A stretch of DNA of 64,000 bases from Owenia fusiformis (lineage: Eukaryota): positions 45,880,001 to 45,944,000 of the forward strand of contig CAIIXF020000001.1 of NCBI GenBank assembly GCA_903813345.2. Direction: 5' to 3'. This document shows, in pieces, positions 50,635-62,434 of this stretch. The number at the start of each line of letters is the position of its first letter. Within the stretch, counting starts at the first letter, position 1. Under the pieces are notes generated by a model. That model was not told the origin of the DNA. It saw only the letters and a list, made by a program, of their open reading frames with translations, and did not search any database. Both the position numbers and the translations under genes were made by a program.

Positions 50635-51052
50635 GTATGTATTGTATATTTGAATATGTTTTTGGTCATTTTTGGTTTTAAATCCATCTAAGTTAACAAT
50701 AGTTTAGAAAGAGTCTTTTGGTACTGTACCCTATGGTATTATGTTTATGAACCTCTGGAATAATTGGCAGGGGCCTAAGGTGTTCCACTTATATAGGTTT
50801 TACTGCATTCACATGTGCTGACCAAATTATGAAAAACTAGACATGGACATTAGACTACAAATAGAAGTCAATGTTTGAAAATAGTATTGGAGTTTTATTC
50901 CAATAATCATGATAGATACTGAAATAGGACAGACTTAAATGAGATCTAAAAAGTTTATATTTTATTCGAAAACTATTTTTTATATAAAATTACAGCCTCA
51001 GTAAACGTTTAGCATAGTCAGTAAAAAATACATGTTATTTTTACCATTTTAA

Positions 51053-51345
51053 CTCTTGATGACCCGGAGTGACGAGATATCTTGTCACCTCAAATGTGAC
51101 CTTGAAACCCAGCGAGTGACCAGAAAAGCTGTCACAATTTTTTTCACTAAAATTGCTCTTATTTCAACAATTTTTTATCCAATTTACACAAAAAATGTTT
51201 TAAAATGTGTAGAAAAGATCTCTGTCATCTAATTTTACTAAAATGAGCATCATCTGTTGTATATGTATGATGTACATAGTCAAAAGCTGGCAAAAATGAA
51301 AAATTCTCTGGTTTCAACCAATTTTAGATCCTGGGATTCAAGAGG
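51053..51345. mobile_element. piggyBac-like MITE
   Basis: TTAA|CTCTTGA...TCAAGAGG|TTAA. Confidence 0.6.
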
Positions 51346-51371
51346 TTAAATCAACTTACTTTTCCTTACAG

Positions 51372-51491
51372 CATCAGGTTCCATAAAACCCATCTCTAAC
51401 ATTACCCCTAATGTAAAGGACTACAAGGATACACAGGACCTGAAACGATGCATGGAGCACATGGAACAGACAAAGTTTGTGGCTCTAACAG
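51372..51491 (+). CDS. NLR-like gene, linker plus start of NB-ARC (...QTKFVALTG)
   Basis: Phase 1-1 exon ending in the first Gly codon of Walker A. Confidence 0.85.
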
Positions 51492-52000
51492 GTAGACGTA
51501 CATTTTTCTGCCAGATATACGTATCTACTTATTGTATATTGCTCTCACATATGTATGCACAGTGTACAATAAAGCCAAAAATGTTTGGATTAGCAGGTGT
51601 TCACATTCAAGGTTTTTCAGCATGTAGGTCAATGAAAGGTAACAAAGGGATTGAGAAAAAAATGTTCTTATTGAGAAGTGTTCGGATTAGAGAGGTGTTC
51701 GAATATCAGTTTCACTGTATATAATCAGTAAAACCTGCATTATTAAATACAGGGCTACAAGTGTGACAGAACATTCACATTCAAAGAAAACTAAGGCCTG
51801 TTCTGGAAAAGTCAGTATCAAAGAACAATATCTTACAATGCTCTGATAACAGCTCATTTAACATTCATGTTAAACATATAAAACACATTTAGATGGATTA
51901 GAAAGGTGTTTTGATATACAGGTTTAAGGTTTTACTCTATTTTCATATTTTTATGTCAGGTCTGTCTGTATTATAATGAAGCCAAATTGTCATTTACATA

Positions 52001-52522
52001 CAGTAGAACCTGTATATCTAAACACCTGGCTAATCCGAACACTTCCCAATCTGAACTTTTTTTCGGTCCCATTTTTTCCTCCCATTGACTCCCATGTTAA
52101 AAAACCTTGAAATGTGAACACCTCCCAATTTGAATAGTGAACAGTCATATTTGAAAAATTCACCTGTCTAATCTGAACACTTTTCATAAAATTTCTGATG
52201 TTTTATACAAAATTGCTCAAATTTTGTCATGATATCAAAACTTTGGGAAATAATCTTGAATGGTCTCATTCATAATGGGCCTTTCGTCTCATTCATAATG
52301 GGCCTTTCCAGCATGATTAGATTCATTTGGATCAAATTTTCAAATTTCTGGAATGCCATAAAGTTATGTGGTTAAAAGAACTATAAATATTTACCAAGAA
52401 TGTGTTCAAATTTCTTCAGAATCCGGATTATTACGGATGCAAAAACCTCGAAATGTGAACACCTCCTAATCTGAATGCTTTTATCTGGTCCCAATGGCGT
52501 TCGGATTAGACAGGTTTTACTG
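52001..52522. mobile_element. Tc1/mariner-pogo-type MITE
   Basis: TA|CAGTAGAACCTGT...ACAGGTTTTACTG|TA with AATC(C/T)GAAC subterminal repeats. Confidence 0.8.
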
Positions 52523-52806
52523 TATATGGTAAATTTTCTTCAAAACTTTGGTGGTTTGCTAATTCATGTAATTCTGTTCTAGATATAGTTCATCAGTTTA
52601 AATATTTATGTAAAAAATGAATATTTTGAAGAGCATATCAACTTAAAATCACCAAATTGAATAAGTAGCTGACAATATTCTAATAAGGTTAAGTCTACCA
52701 AATTGAAATTAAATAGCTCTTAGTCAGTCCACATTTTAGTAGCCCTATATTATTGCATGATTTTGTTTTTGAATGAGTGATTTTATAATCTGAATTGTAT
52801 TTCCAG

Positions 52807-53357
52807 GTTTAAGTGGAAGTGGAAAAACAGAAATAGCTAAAGCTTATTGGAATAGGAAAAAAGACCTGTATGACGTTGGCTGGTTAATTCCTAGTGAATC
52901 AGACCAAGAATTACGGAACTCGCTTCTGTTATTTCAAGAACGTTTGAAATCATTCACTGTTGATCCAAACCAGGATCTACCGGACATGTTATCGCAGGTC
53001 AATTCAGAGATCAAACGTGATGCTAATAGAAAGTTTTTATTGATCTTTGATGATGTTACAGACTCTACTCAATATGTGATCCAACAAGGCTTTCCACCTT
53101 CTGAGAACATCTCTGTTATCATAACGACTCAAACGTCACATCCGTATGCCATCAAGGAATCCATACAACCAATTAATGGCTTCACTGAGGATGAGGTATT
53201 GCAGTTTCTGGAAGAACTCCAAGATAGAAGAGAGATGAAGATAAAATTATGGGAGGAGATGAGTCACCTTCCTAGTGCCCTAGCCTGTGCCAAATTCGAC
53301 ATCAATAAACTGAAAAGGGACATTGATCATTATCTTAAAGGCATCAAGCATAAGCAG
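52807..53357 (+). CDS. NLR-like gene, NB-ARC/STAND NTPase core exon
   Basis: Walker A GLSGSGKT, RNBS-A-like YDVGW, Walker B FLLIFDDV, sensor-1 VIITTQ, RNBS-C GFTEDEVLQFL, and GxP-like HLPSAL. Confidence 0.92.
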
Positions 53358-53399
53358 GTCAATATAATTAAATATTTATAATTCAATGTTATATTCATG

Positions 53400-53890
53400 T
53401 TTTTTTATTGTACCTAAAAAGGTATGATAATGTCATCAGCTTTGGGGGCGTTGGCAGCATCTTTACTTTCTTGTCATCATGATTCCAGGAAAACCACTGA
53501 ACGGAATTGCTTCAAATTTTTAAACCTGTTACAGGGTAAGAAGTTCTAGAGCTAAATAACTTTTCGGTGGCCACCTTGATTTCTGGTGGTCAATTTGGAA
53601 GATTTTAGATAAATATTCAGTTGTCTTCACAATTTCAAGGAAAACCGCTTAACGAAACCACTTCAAATTTTTACACATGTTACATGGTAAGAAGTTAACT
53701 TTTCAGTTGCCATCTTGCTTTTTGGTGGCCATTTTGGAAGTTTTTCGATAAATATTGTCATCACGATTACAAGTAAACCACTTGATGGATTTACTTCAAT
53801 TTTTTACACATGTTACATGGTAAGTTCTATGCTTGATTAACTTTTCAGAGGCCATCTTGCTTTAGGTACAATATTGTTTACCCTGTGCCT
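53400..53890. repeat. Intronic element with ~2.7 tandem ~140-bp units (probably a second HINE family)
   Basis: Units GTCATCA.GATT...AAACCACT...CTTCAAATTTTTA...TGTTACA.GGTAAG at ~53473, 53623 and 53757. Confidence 0.6.
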
Positions 53891-54339
53891 TGTTCCACTC
53901 CAGCATTCTTTTACTTTATAACAGTGAGCTCTTACATTGAAATAAGTGAGCTGGTCCCAAATGAGTGAATGAAAATATTCGTTCACCCTCCTGAAAATTT
54001 GAATTGAGAACTTCGCAACAACATCCAAGGGAGAAAACTACATTGTATTCAAATGAAGCATTGTCTTTCATATTTCTGCTGGATGTTCTAGCATGGACAT
54101 TTTGAAATGAGGAATCTTTTGAAAGTTGCCCAAAATAATTTGGTGAGATACTAACTTACTAGAATGATGAATACAAATTATAACAAAAAAACAATATTTT
54201 GCAATGGTTGAATGTTGTTTATTTTACAAATATTTTAAATCAAAAAGTTTTGATCTCACGATATTCATGGTTACAAAATGTCTGGTAAATGTAAATATAC
54301 ACTAAAATCTCAACTTTACTTCTGTTTGGTTCATTGTAG

Positions 54340-56007
54340 GTGTATCGAATGATGGAAAGAAGAGACAGAGGCATACTTGGTAACAGCTATAAGAAAACAC
54401 CTATTGAAGCCCATGTCCAGAATGTTCGAACAATGTTAGATGAACTGAAAGCTGATGGTTTGCCCAAACTCTGTATGGTATTCAAAGCGATGGCATTCTT
54501 TGACTCTAAAGCCATACCTGTCTTCATCTTGGAGGATATATTGAGGCTCGTTGATCCCGATGCAGATATGCCAGTTGAAAGTATGATAGATGAACTTCTT
54601 AACAAGATGATAAATCGTTCCTATGTGACCATATTCCTTGAGGATGGTGATATGAAACATCGCTTAGTGGACACCCATGATCTAGTACAGCTTGCAACAC
54701 GCTTCGAAGTTCAAGAGACATCAGACCACCTAAAGTCCCTTGAGATCTTGATGAGAGTCCTACTATGCTACTTCGCCAAGGATACAAGATATATGTCATA
54801 CTTCAAGATTAACACACTGCTGATGCCTCACGTGGAAATGGTGTTGGAGCATGTGCACAAGCTGGACCTTTCATTCGAGATGAAAATAATGGAGATTGCA
54901 ATGTTCGACATACTGGGATATTCACACACTCAAAGTGGGTCAAGAGAGGTAGCAGAACAGAAGTTACAGACTGGTGTGGATCTGGTCTATAAGTCTCTGA
55001 ACATGGAGGAGGCAGATGTGGATAGAGACATCTCAATCAAATTGAGACGTAGAAGTACAGGCATGCAATCAGAGATGCGGGTGGACGACAACCAAGTGAC
55101 AGACCCAGATGAATTTGCTCATGAAAAGGCATTATTCATGTACGAGAAACTTGAAACTGTATGTGATAGAGTTAGTAACAAATTTGTGGCCAATACAGTC
55201 TTAAATGCAGATGATGTCGCTCAGATGAAACAGAAAATTTCGAAAGATAAGAAATTCCCAAAGCTTCTATCACAGGACAGAATTGATAGGAAAATCTATG
55301 ATGAACTCGTGCAGTTGGGGTGTTGCGTACCAGAAGAAAAGATCAAGAGTATCTACCTTCCAGAGCTCTATGCATCAGTATTCTACACATATGGGCGTAT
55401 GTACTTCTACAACAAGGATAAATACCAGAGAAATACAATGAATACCAACATGCTGATATCTGCAATACGTCTCTCTTCAGCCTTATGCAAGGTCATTGAG
55501 GAAAAAACTGGAGTTGTAGTGTTCCATAGCATTCTTACTAAGCGCAATGCTCTCTTCTACCTGTTATCAGAAAACAAAAATGAAATGGGCAAAGAAAAAT
55601 CTTCTGAGGAAATGCTGAGAAATTTGTATCAGGGCCAAAGGGAATATGAAAATCTTAGTAAACTTACAGATAACAATGACTGGTACCAGCATGGCATCCT
55701 GAAAGTCACTAAGAATGACCGACACCATAAGTGTGTGTGCACAGAAAAGGTTGTTTTCATAAGTACTCGTATTTTGAAAATGGAGAAAGATCCCACTAAA
55801 AGGGAAGAGGTTATAAAGAAAGGTCTCGGAAAGATCAAGATTTTACAAGATGAAGTGGACCTTCAAGAGCAGGGTTCTGGGCCAGGACGTACACTTCACA
55901 GAGGATCTGACTTCTATGTCGTGAGTGCCGAGTTTTATGAAGCAGCTGGTGAAAAGTATATGCAGGAGGCACATGATAATTACAAGAAAGCCACTGGGAG
56001 GTTTAAG
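54340..56007 (+). CDS. NLR-like gene, large exon: winged-helix (MHD-equivalent THDLVQ) plus helical/TPR-like sensor region
   Basis: 1668-nt phase 0-0 exon. MAFFDSKAIP, THDLVQ and LMPHVEMVL are motifs typical of NB-ARC-TPR proteins. Donor AAG|gtattt. Confidence 0.9.
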
Positions 56008-56778
56008 GTATTTTTTGTATTTCATATTTTTCAATTTATTTTAAGATTTTGTACATGGTAAGTATTTACACTGACATGAAAGAGACACCCCAGTCATGGG
56101 ATGTATAGGTTCCATGTTATGAAATCTAAAATATCATATACATAAAGTTTGAACAGTTGGATTAAATGAAAACAAATAACAAAGCATGAAAATTATGATA
56201 ATTGGAGTGGTGAGAAGCATAGCTTTAGTCATAATAGACCTAATTTTGCCAAAGCAAATCAAACTTAAACTTTTTTCATAGACGTTTGTTAGATGTTTGT
56301 TTGGTAACTGATTATTTGTTTGTTGTTAACGGATCTTTCTAGCATGGTGCACCATAGCATATGATTTTTGTAACAATGATTTCATTTCTGATGAACCCAA
56401 TGAAGTACATGTAGTATGTGCCCAAGCCCAAAGCTAAAGTCAAGCCAAGACTTCATTTTGAGCAATGCATATATCTATCAGTAGAAGATATTCAACCCTC
56501 CCCATTTCTTTATAACTCATATCAATATTAGTGGAAATAAAAGTTGTCATTCCTGGAAGTCTGGTTGCAAATAACTACTTTATTCATGCCCTGAAGACTT
56601 GATCAATATCTCCTTTCCTTTGATCTTATCTACACAAATATAGAATTGTCCATCATCAGTAATGGCTGACTCATATTAGAACTCTATTTTTGTTCATGTT
56701 GCAGGAATTTAAAATTGGAGAATATTTAAGAAAACTATGCAGTTCAAATGTATTCATATTGCTCTATGCTGATTATAG

Positions 56779-57015
56779 GCCACAAACTGTAGCCAGTGGA
56801 AGAAATATGGGAAGGCATGCGAAGGCCAAATGAGAACAGCAAAAGCTCTGAATATGAAGGATGTCCTGAAAAAGGCGAAAGAAGAGGGTGACACTTACAA
56901 TCTTAAAGCTCCGGCAGATGCACCATACAAACAAAACATTAGTACTCTAACTGCTGAACTTGAAGCGCAAATGAAATCACTGAGTATAGACTCTAGCGAA
57001 CTTGACATGGAGTGA
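56779..57015 (+). CDS. NLR-like gene, last exon (ATNCSQWKKYGKACEGQMRTAK...ELDME*)
   Basis: Phase-0 acceptor attatag. Total reconstructed CDS is 2868 nt, 955 aa. An alternative acceptor at 56705 gives a shorter tail. Confidence 0.7.
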   Translation, partial: ATNCSQWKKYGKACEGQMRTAKALNMKDVLKKAKEEGDTYNLKAPADAPYKQNISTLTAELEAQMKSLSIDSSELDME

Positions 57016-57186
57016 TTTGTTAAATGAACATGTATATAAGATATAAATATATATGCAAAGTTTGACTGATATGTAAACAGTGATGGGTGCCTCGGTTTAA
57101 CAGCTTAGTGAGCACCCTACAGTGTACATGTATACATACTCTGATTATATCTAATGCTACACTATAAATCTAATGTTACCAGTTAA

Positions 57187-57590
57187 GGTACAGCTGGAAA
57201 GTAACATTTTGGTAAAAAATTGCTATACCTGCACATGTTATTTTCTGGTACTAAATAAAGTATGAAGGCATGTGTCAATTTCCTTGCTTTTTTCAGGAAA
57301 GTATCATTACATTGTCTTCTTTTAGAATATCTGGTAGGAGTTCAATGGGAACTCCAGGAAATTCTGATATTTCACACTTTCTATTTTTCCAAATTTTCTT
57401 TCAAAGTGTCCAGACAACACAGAAGCTTCCATTGAACTGTTTCCAGATATTCTAAAAGTAAACAGTGTAATGATACTTTCCTGAAAAAAGCAAGGAAATA
57501 CACACATGCCTTCATACTTAATTTTGTACCAGAAAATAACATGTGCAGGTATAGCAATTTTTTACCAAAATGTTACTTTCCAGCTGAACC
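57187..57590. mobile_element. 404-bp palindromic MITE (copy 2)
   Basis: Highly similar to 47051-47450 (scattered substitutions and a 4-bp indel). Flanked by TTAA on both sides. Confidence 0.9.
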
Positions 57591-57616
57591 TTAAGTAAAA
57601 TATCATGAACAGTTTT

Positions 57617-57755
57617 ACTGTGTCACCACCACAAATGGTGACATATTGTTATAGCCTAAAACTTTTCTGGAAAGGGTTTGTGGTTTGGTTTAAGGAGGTT
57701 GGTCGGAGGTCTGTGTCTGTAACAAATGGCAGTTGGTGACATTTTGCATGTTAAG
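57617..57755 (+). mobile_element. Short HINE-like element
   Basis: TGTCACCACC...GGTGACATATTGTTATAG...GTCTGTAACAAATGGCAGTTGGTGACATTTTGCATGTTAA. Confidence 0.7.
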
Positions 57756-58289
57756 TTTACACTCTTCAAAAGTTTTGTCGAGCAATGTGTGTATATTTAG
57801 AAATATATAAGCACAAGTGCCAACGGGAAAAAAGGGTAGGGTGCTTCCTCTGGTGTGTCTGAGCGTTAACATCAGCTGCCTCTAGTCATATCCACTAACA
57901 AAACAACATTTTTGGGGTTGCCGAGTTGGCCGAGAGGGCTTGAGCACCAGCACGTTTAGGCTAGGCGATTGGGGCTGTAACCACGAGGTTGCAAGTACGA
58001 GACGCGTGTGCTCCTTGCGTTTATTCATTTTTGTATTACTGACTAATTACTTGTAATTAAAGCCCATGATTTTCCAAACTTTAGAAAGGGGATGTCCTGT
58101 ACAGAATATGAGAGAACATAATCTGTCCTCGAGCAAGATTTTTTAATAAAATCAATTTCAGAAAGCAAATTGAATGTTCAGATATGTTTATCACTATGTA
58201 TCATAAATCATATGTTTCAACTAGGAGCCAAGACTGTCCAGTCATGGAACTCATTAATTCAGTAGACTGTATGAATTAACACATAAATA

Positions 58290-58745
58290 CTGGCTTTGTA
58301 TAAAAAACCTCCTACCTCATACCCACCTACCCACGTACGTGGGACATGATACAGTCTTTGAAGGGTTCAATTTTAAAGATCTTAGTTTATTAAATCTTAG
58401 TTTATGATGTATTATAGATGCATTTGTAACGACCCTTGATAGCAAGTTGCTACTACATCCAAGCTGGGTTCGATTCCCACTCGGGGCATCGAATTTAGGA
58501 CACTTTCTCTCATGTCTTTATCTGGCTTGTTGGACCTATGCTCGCGGTCGTTAGTTATTTATTCCCCTGGGGCGCCCTCGGGTCATTTATTTATGAATCT
58601 GTTGAGTCATAAAATAAAGCTGGAAATGTGGAAATGTTAATAATTTGAGCTATTTTGAGATTTAATAATCTTTAAAATTGAACCCTTCAATAACTGTGTC
58701 ATGTTCAGTGTAGATGGTCATGAGGTAGGTTTTTTTATACAAAGT
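58290..58745. mobile_element. Inverted-repeat element with an internal tRNA-SINE-like fragment
   Basis: TTGAAGGGTTCAATTTTAAAGAT is mirrored at 58668-58690. B box GGTTCGATTCCC at ~58467. Confidence 0.55.
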
Positions 58746-60231
58746 AAAAGTACTAAGAGACATAAATTACATTTTCAAAAATCTTTCAAATCAAATCAGA
58801 AAGTATTAATACTAGATGCACAACATTCAGGTTATCATATTTTGCTAGAGAAATTGAATTTGTCATATTCAAAATCTAGATTTCAATCTAATCAGTTTTA
58901 CTGAGTTATTTCATCAATATGTGTGGAGAATGTAGTTAAATGCTTGAAATAAAAAACAATGAGCAAAATACATATATTTTCCTTGCATTATTTTTGTGGC
59001 AATTGGTACAATTATCAACAACACATAAACAATTTGTCACCACCAGGTTGAAATTGTTAGTGTAAAAACACCAACACCTAAAGTCAGCCACAAAAAAATG
59101 GCGGCTCTAACATTATTTTATCACTTGATGGTGACATTAACACCCTTGGTATATGTAGCTACCGATAAAGTCCTTGAGGGAAAAAGTGTTACTTTGTTAA
59201 AGATCTATAGAAAATGTTACAGCTTCTGAACACTCCAATGTATCATACGGTCGTGTAGATGTAAAAGACATGGAAAAGCAGATCAGTTTATATTTACAGG
59301 ATATAACTATAACATATTCCCATTACCCATATGCAAAATTGTACTGATCCTGTAACTGGGTGCTCTGGAAACTCATTCAGATGGGTTAAAGTTCGCATTT
59401 TACTTAAATTTTATATAATAATGAATTTTAGAAATGTCACTCAAAGGCAATTATAACAGATTATTGATTCATAGTACTGACTTAAAAATCTTTCTGGGTC
59501 CCTTGTTGATTATATTAGAAAAATATTTAGCTTGTACAGCTTTTACATGAAATGTACTAATGCCCCATTGCTATTTATTGTATACATGCACCAGCGGATC
59601 TAGACGGGGCGTGCCCCCCCCCCCCCCCCTAAAAAAGTCGGAAAATTCGTCTTTTTCCTTAATCGCTTTTTACAAAATTTGACTCTTCGGTCACAGTTAT
59701 TATCACACGCCCCCCCCCCCCCCTAACACAAAATCCTGGATCCGCCCGTGCACATGTGTGTATGTATGTTGTTCACTCACCCTTTTGAAAATAATGGGGA
59801 GTCAAAGGCACAGTGTCAAATCATTTTATTTAACAATATCTTTCACTGGAAATGTATGATACGGTAATGGTCATGTTCCAAAATCCCAGTAACCATCCCA
59901 AGCGGTGGAAGATATCATTGAATTGTGGCACCTACGCACAATATATGAAGAATTGATCGACATGTAATCTAGAGTTTCCATGTCATATACGCTTGGTTTA
60001 GTTCAAATATTAACGCAATACGTCAACTATAAATTAGTTTAATTCCTTGAAAACTAAAAAATAACGAAATCGACACTTCCCGTCCATCTTGAATGCGAAG
60101 GTGACTGCCCTTAGCCTTCCCTTGATACTGACAAGTGAGTTAGTATATCGTCCCCGGGGTATCTTCCAACAGTGGACCAGTGCCTTAATTTTTAGGAGGC
60201 CCCTTTGAATATACTGTGCTCAAAAATCAAT

Positions 60232-60672
60232 ACTATCACACTGGAACACCCTCACAACGGTTAAGTCAGATACCGTTGTCACAAATGGCGGACGCAACCG
60301 GCGCTTCAACTCTCTTCAATCACTTGGTTCTCATTCCATAAAACCTCGTCGCTAATTGTGTGCATGTATTAAGCTCTTGTGATGGTGTATCATATGAAAT
60401 CCCAATTTCAATGAAATGTGGTTGTGAATCGCCACAATACGCCGTCTCCCATATATCGTCAATGACAACGGAATCTAAATTTGAAATAATCAACAGAGAC
60501 AAAGGCACATGGTAAGATGTGACAACGGACTGTGGTGGATGTATTGCAGTAAGACATAGGAGAAATAACAACGTGAACAAGACCCTTTGTCTTGAACACG
60601 AATCTGTGGCCACCATTTGTGACAACGATATCTGACTTTACCGTAGTTGTCAGGCTGTTCCGGTGTGACTAA
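60232..60672 (-). mobile_element. Internally deleted pogo/Fot1-like DNA transposon relic
   Basis: ~55-bp imperfect inverted repeats (TCACAC.GGAACA...AAGTCAGATA.CGTTGTCACAAATGG). Internal peptide TPSQELNTCTQLATRFYGMRTK*LKRV resembles the pogo CENP-B-type HTH. Confidence 0.5.
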
Positions 60673-60839
60673 ATTAACATTTTCATGTACTCTTCGAAAT
60701 AACACACTGAACATCAATATTAATGGACTTATGTTTATTGCAAATCAAAGATGGAAAATCGAAAATACAGCTAACTGTAAAAAAGTTTGAAGTTAAGTCA
60801 TATTCTTTTCTTTCACTTCATACATGTGCATCACTAAAC

Positions 60840-61130
60840 GCGGTTAACAGGCTGACACGTCTTTCTTGCAATGTTATTGATGTTTTCTTCCAGTTCATCA
60901 AATGACGTAAGGTCAATCCTCATCTCTTTGTCCGGTTGTATCTTTGAAAACTCCTCTTCACGCAATTTCTCTCTTTGTTTCTCAGACATTTCCTTTTCTT
61001 CTTCTGGACTATTTGGCAAAGTAACCAGAATTAAAGCACATATTTTGCGTATGTTATTAGCTTCTCGAATAGTCTCAGATTTCTTGATTTGAGGATGAGT
61101 ATATCCATCAGTCATCAACAATACAGCACA
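60840..61130 (-). pseudogene. CBM14-VWA gene, VWA C-terminal exon
   Basis: CAVLLMTDG...ETIREANNIRK...ALILVT...DLTSFDELEENINNIARKTC corresponds to VWA beta4 to alpha7. Phase-0 acceptor gattttag. The 3' donor and downstream exons are uncertain. Confidence 0.75.
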
Positions 61131-61554
61131 CTAAAATCAGATAATTACTGTATTTATCTGATATTTGAAGATGGATAACCCCTTTAATCCTGCCGTTAAG
61201 TACTCATTACTCAAGCAATAGCTCAGTATCGGCAGTAAGGCTGACGCTGGAAATTTTCAGATATTGAATTCTTAAAAGATCAGGTATGGTATTGAGTATG
61301 ATTTTAAAAAAGAAGAAAATGTATTCACGGTGGGAAAATAGTCATGACCAAAGATACATAGAAAATAAAATACTTCTAATCAACAAATTAAAGTCTTGGA
61401 ACGTGGGGACAAATTGTAGAATAATGATGTGCTTGTTAAGATTGATAGTCAATAAAGTTTTTTTAACTAATGTTGCAACTAAAACTAATGAACTGTTGAA
61501 GTTTAGAGGTTGAACGAGACTTTTCAAAAACAAAAAATCTACAAAAAACTGTAC

Positions 61555-61692
61555 ATCACGTATATCTGCGCCTTTATTACGTCTTCCATTTTCTTCAGTC
61601 AAATGAACCTCTCTTGCATGACGAAGAGCTTCAAATGTGTGGGTAGCACATGGTTTAGCATCAAGTGGCATTTCATCAATTGCCTTTCGTAC
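61555..61692 (-). pseudogene. CBM14-VWA gene, VWA middle exon
   Basis: VRKAIDEMPLDAKPCATHTFEALRHAREVHLTEENGRR contains the MIDAS Thr region (T-x-T-x2-AL...NG-x-R). Phase 0-0; the donor gtacag is weak. Confidence 0.75.
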
Positions 61693-61804
61693 CTGTTATA
61701 TGAATAAACGATGTCATTCATAAATCAGTGTAAAAAGTCATTAAACATTTTGCTTGCGTTTTAAAACATTGATATTATCTATATGATCACAAAGATTCAC
61801 TAAC

Positions 61805-61972
61805 CATCCTCGCACTATTGTAGGTGTTGAAGTAGAGAAAGTCTCTGACAATACTGCCATATACAGAAGCTGCAATTTGGGTGAATGCTGGTCCAATAGG
61901 AAAGTTGGAAGCTACAGGAAACATCTATTACACAGACCAAGTCGATTCCACAGACAGTTGTCGAAGTCTCGG
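61805..61972 (-). pseudogene. CBM14-VWA gene, VWA N-terminal exon (frameshifted)
   Basis: CGIDLVCVIDVSCS (MIDAS DxSxS) in one frame, then VASNFPIGPAFTQIAASVYG...FNTYNS in another frame. Helix alpha1 is missing. Confidence 0.8.
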
Positions 61973-62434
61973 CTAAGGATTAGAATATAAACATTATTCA
62001 TGATTGAAGAAGTTGTTCACTGGCATAAGAAGGTTCTATGCCGTTCTGTTCATGATATATATTGATACCAAAGAATCTGTCAATATGCATTTCAAAAGAC
62101 TTTTAAATTGAAGTCACTGGTCCCATCTGGTTATAAAGACATTTGCGTTGTTCATTCTCCAGTTAATTGGTTGCTTAAGTGAGGGAATTCTCACTTGTTT
62201 GGTGGAGCTGTTGGGTATATTTGCTCTTGACTGACTAGCTTTTCAGAAACCAGATGAAACGGCTGAAATATGTGGATACAAATCAACGTCACGTGTTTGT
62301 TGGAGAAAATGATGAAAATAAACATGATAAATAAGCTTCAATATTTTCCCCAACGGAAGTTCATCCATTTTGTTATAAAGACGTCTTTATAACCAGATGG
62401 GGACCAGTGAATGTTTTATTGTTATCCAGCTTAC

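Noticed and set aside
51355..51371. TTTTCCTTACAG resembling a U12 branch site
   Set aside because: It lacks the TTAAC core and the matching donor is U2-type (gtatgt), so it is an ordinary polypyrimidine tract.
56705..56833. Alternative last NLR exon from the acceptor at 56705
   Set aside because: It is in frame but short. The acceptor at 56779 joins the longer, more coding-like ORF ending at 57015. Not excluded without RNA data.
57914..58014. Possible tRNA gene (A box TGGCCGAGAGG)
   Set aside because: The B box is degenerate and there is no consistent cloverleaf. At best it is a SINE or tRNA relic.
59850..60140. Possible terminal exons of the VWA gene (TACTAAC branch plus acceptor near 60127)
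   Set aside because: I could not build a convincing phase-consistent chain or recognise a domain.
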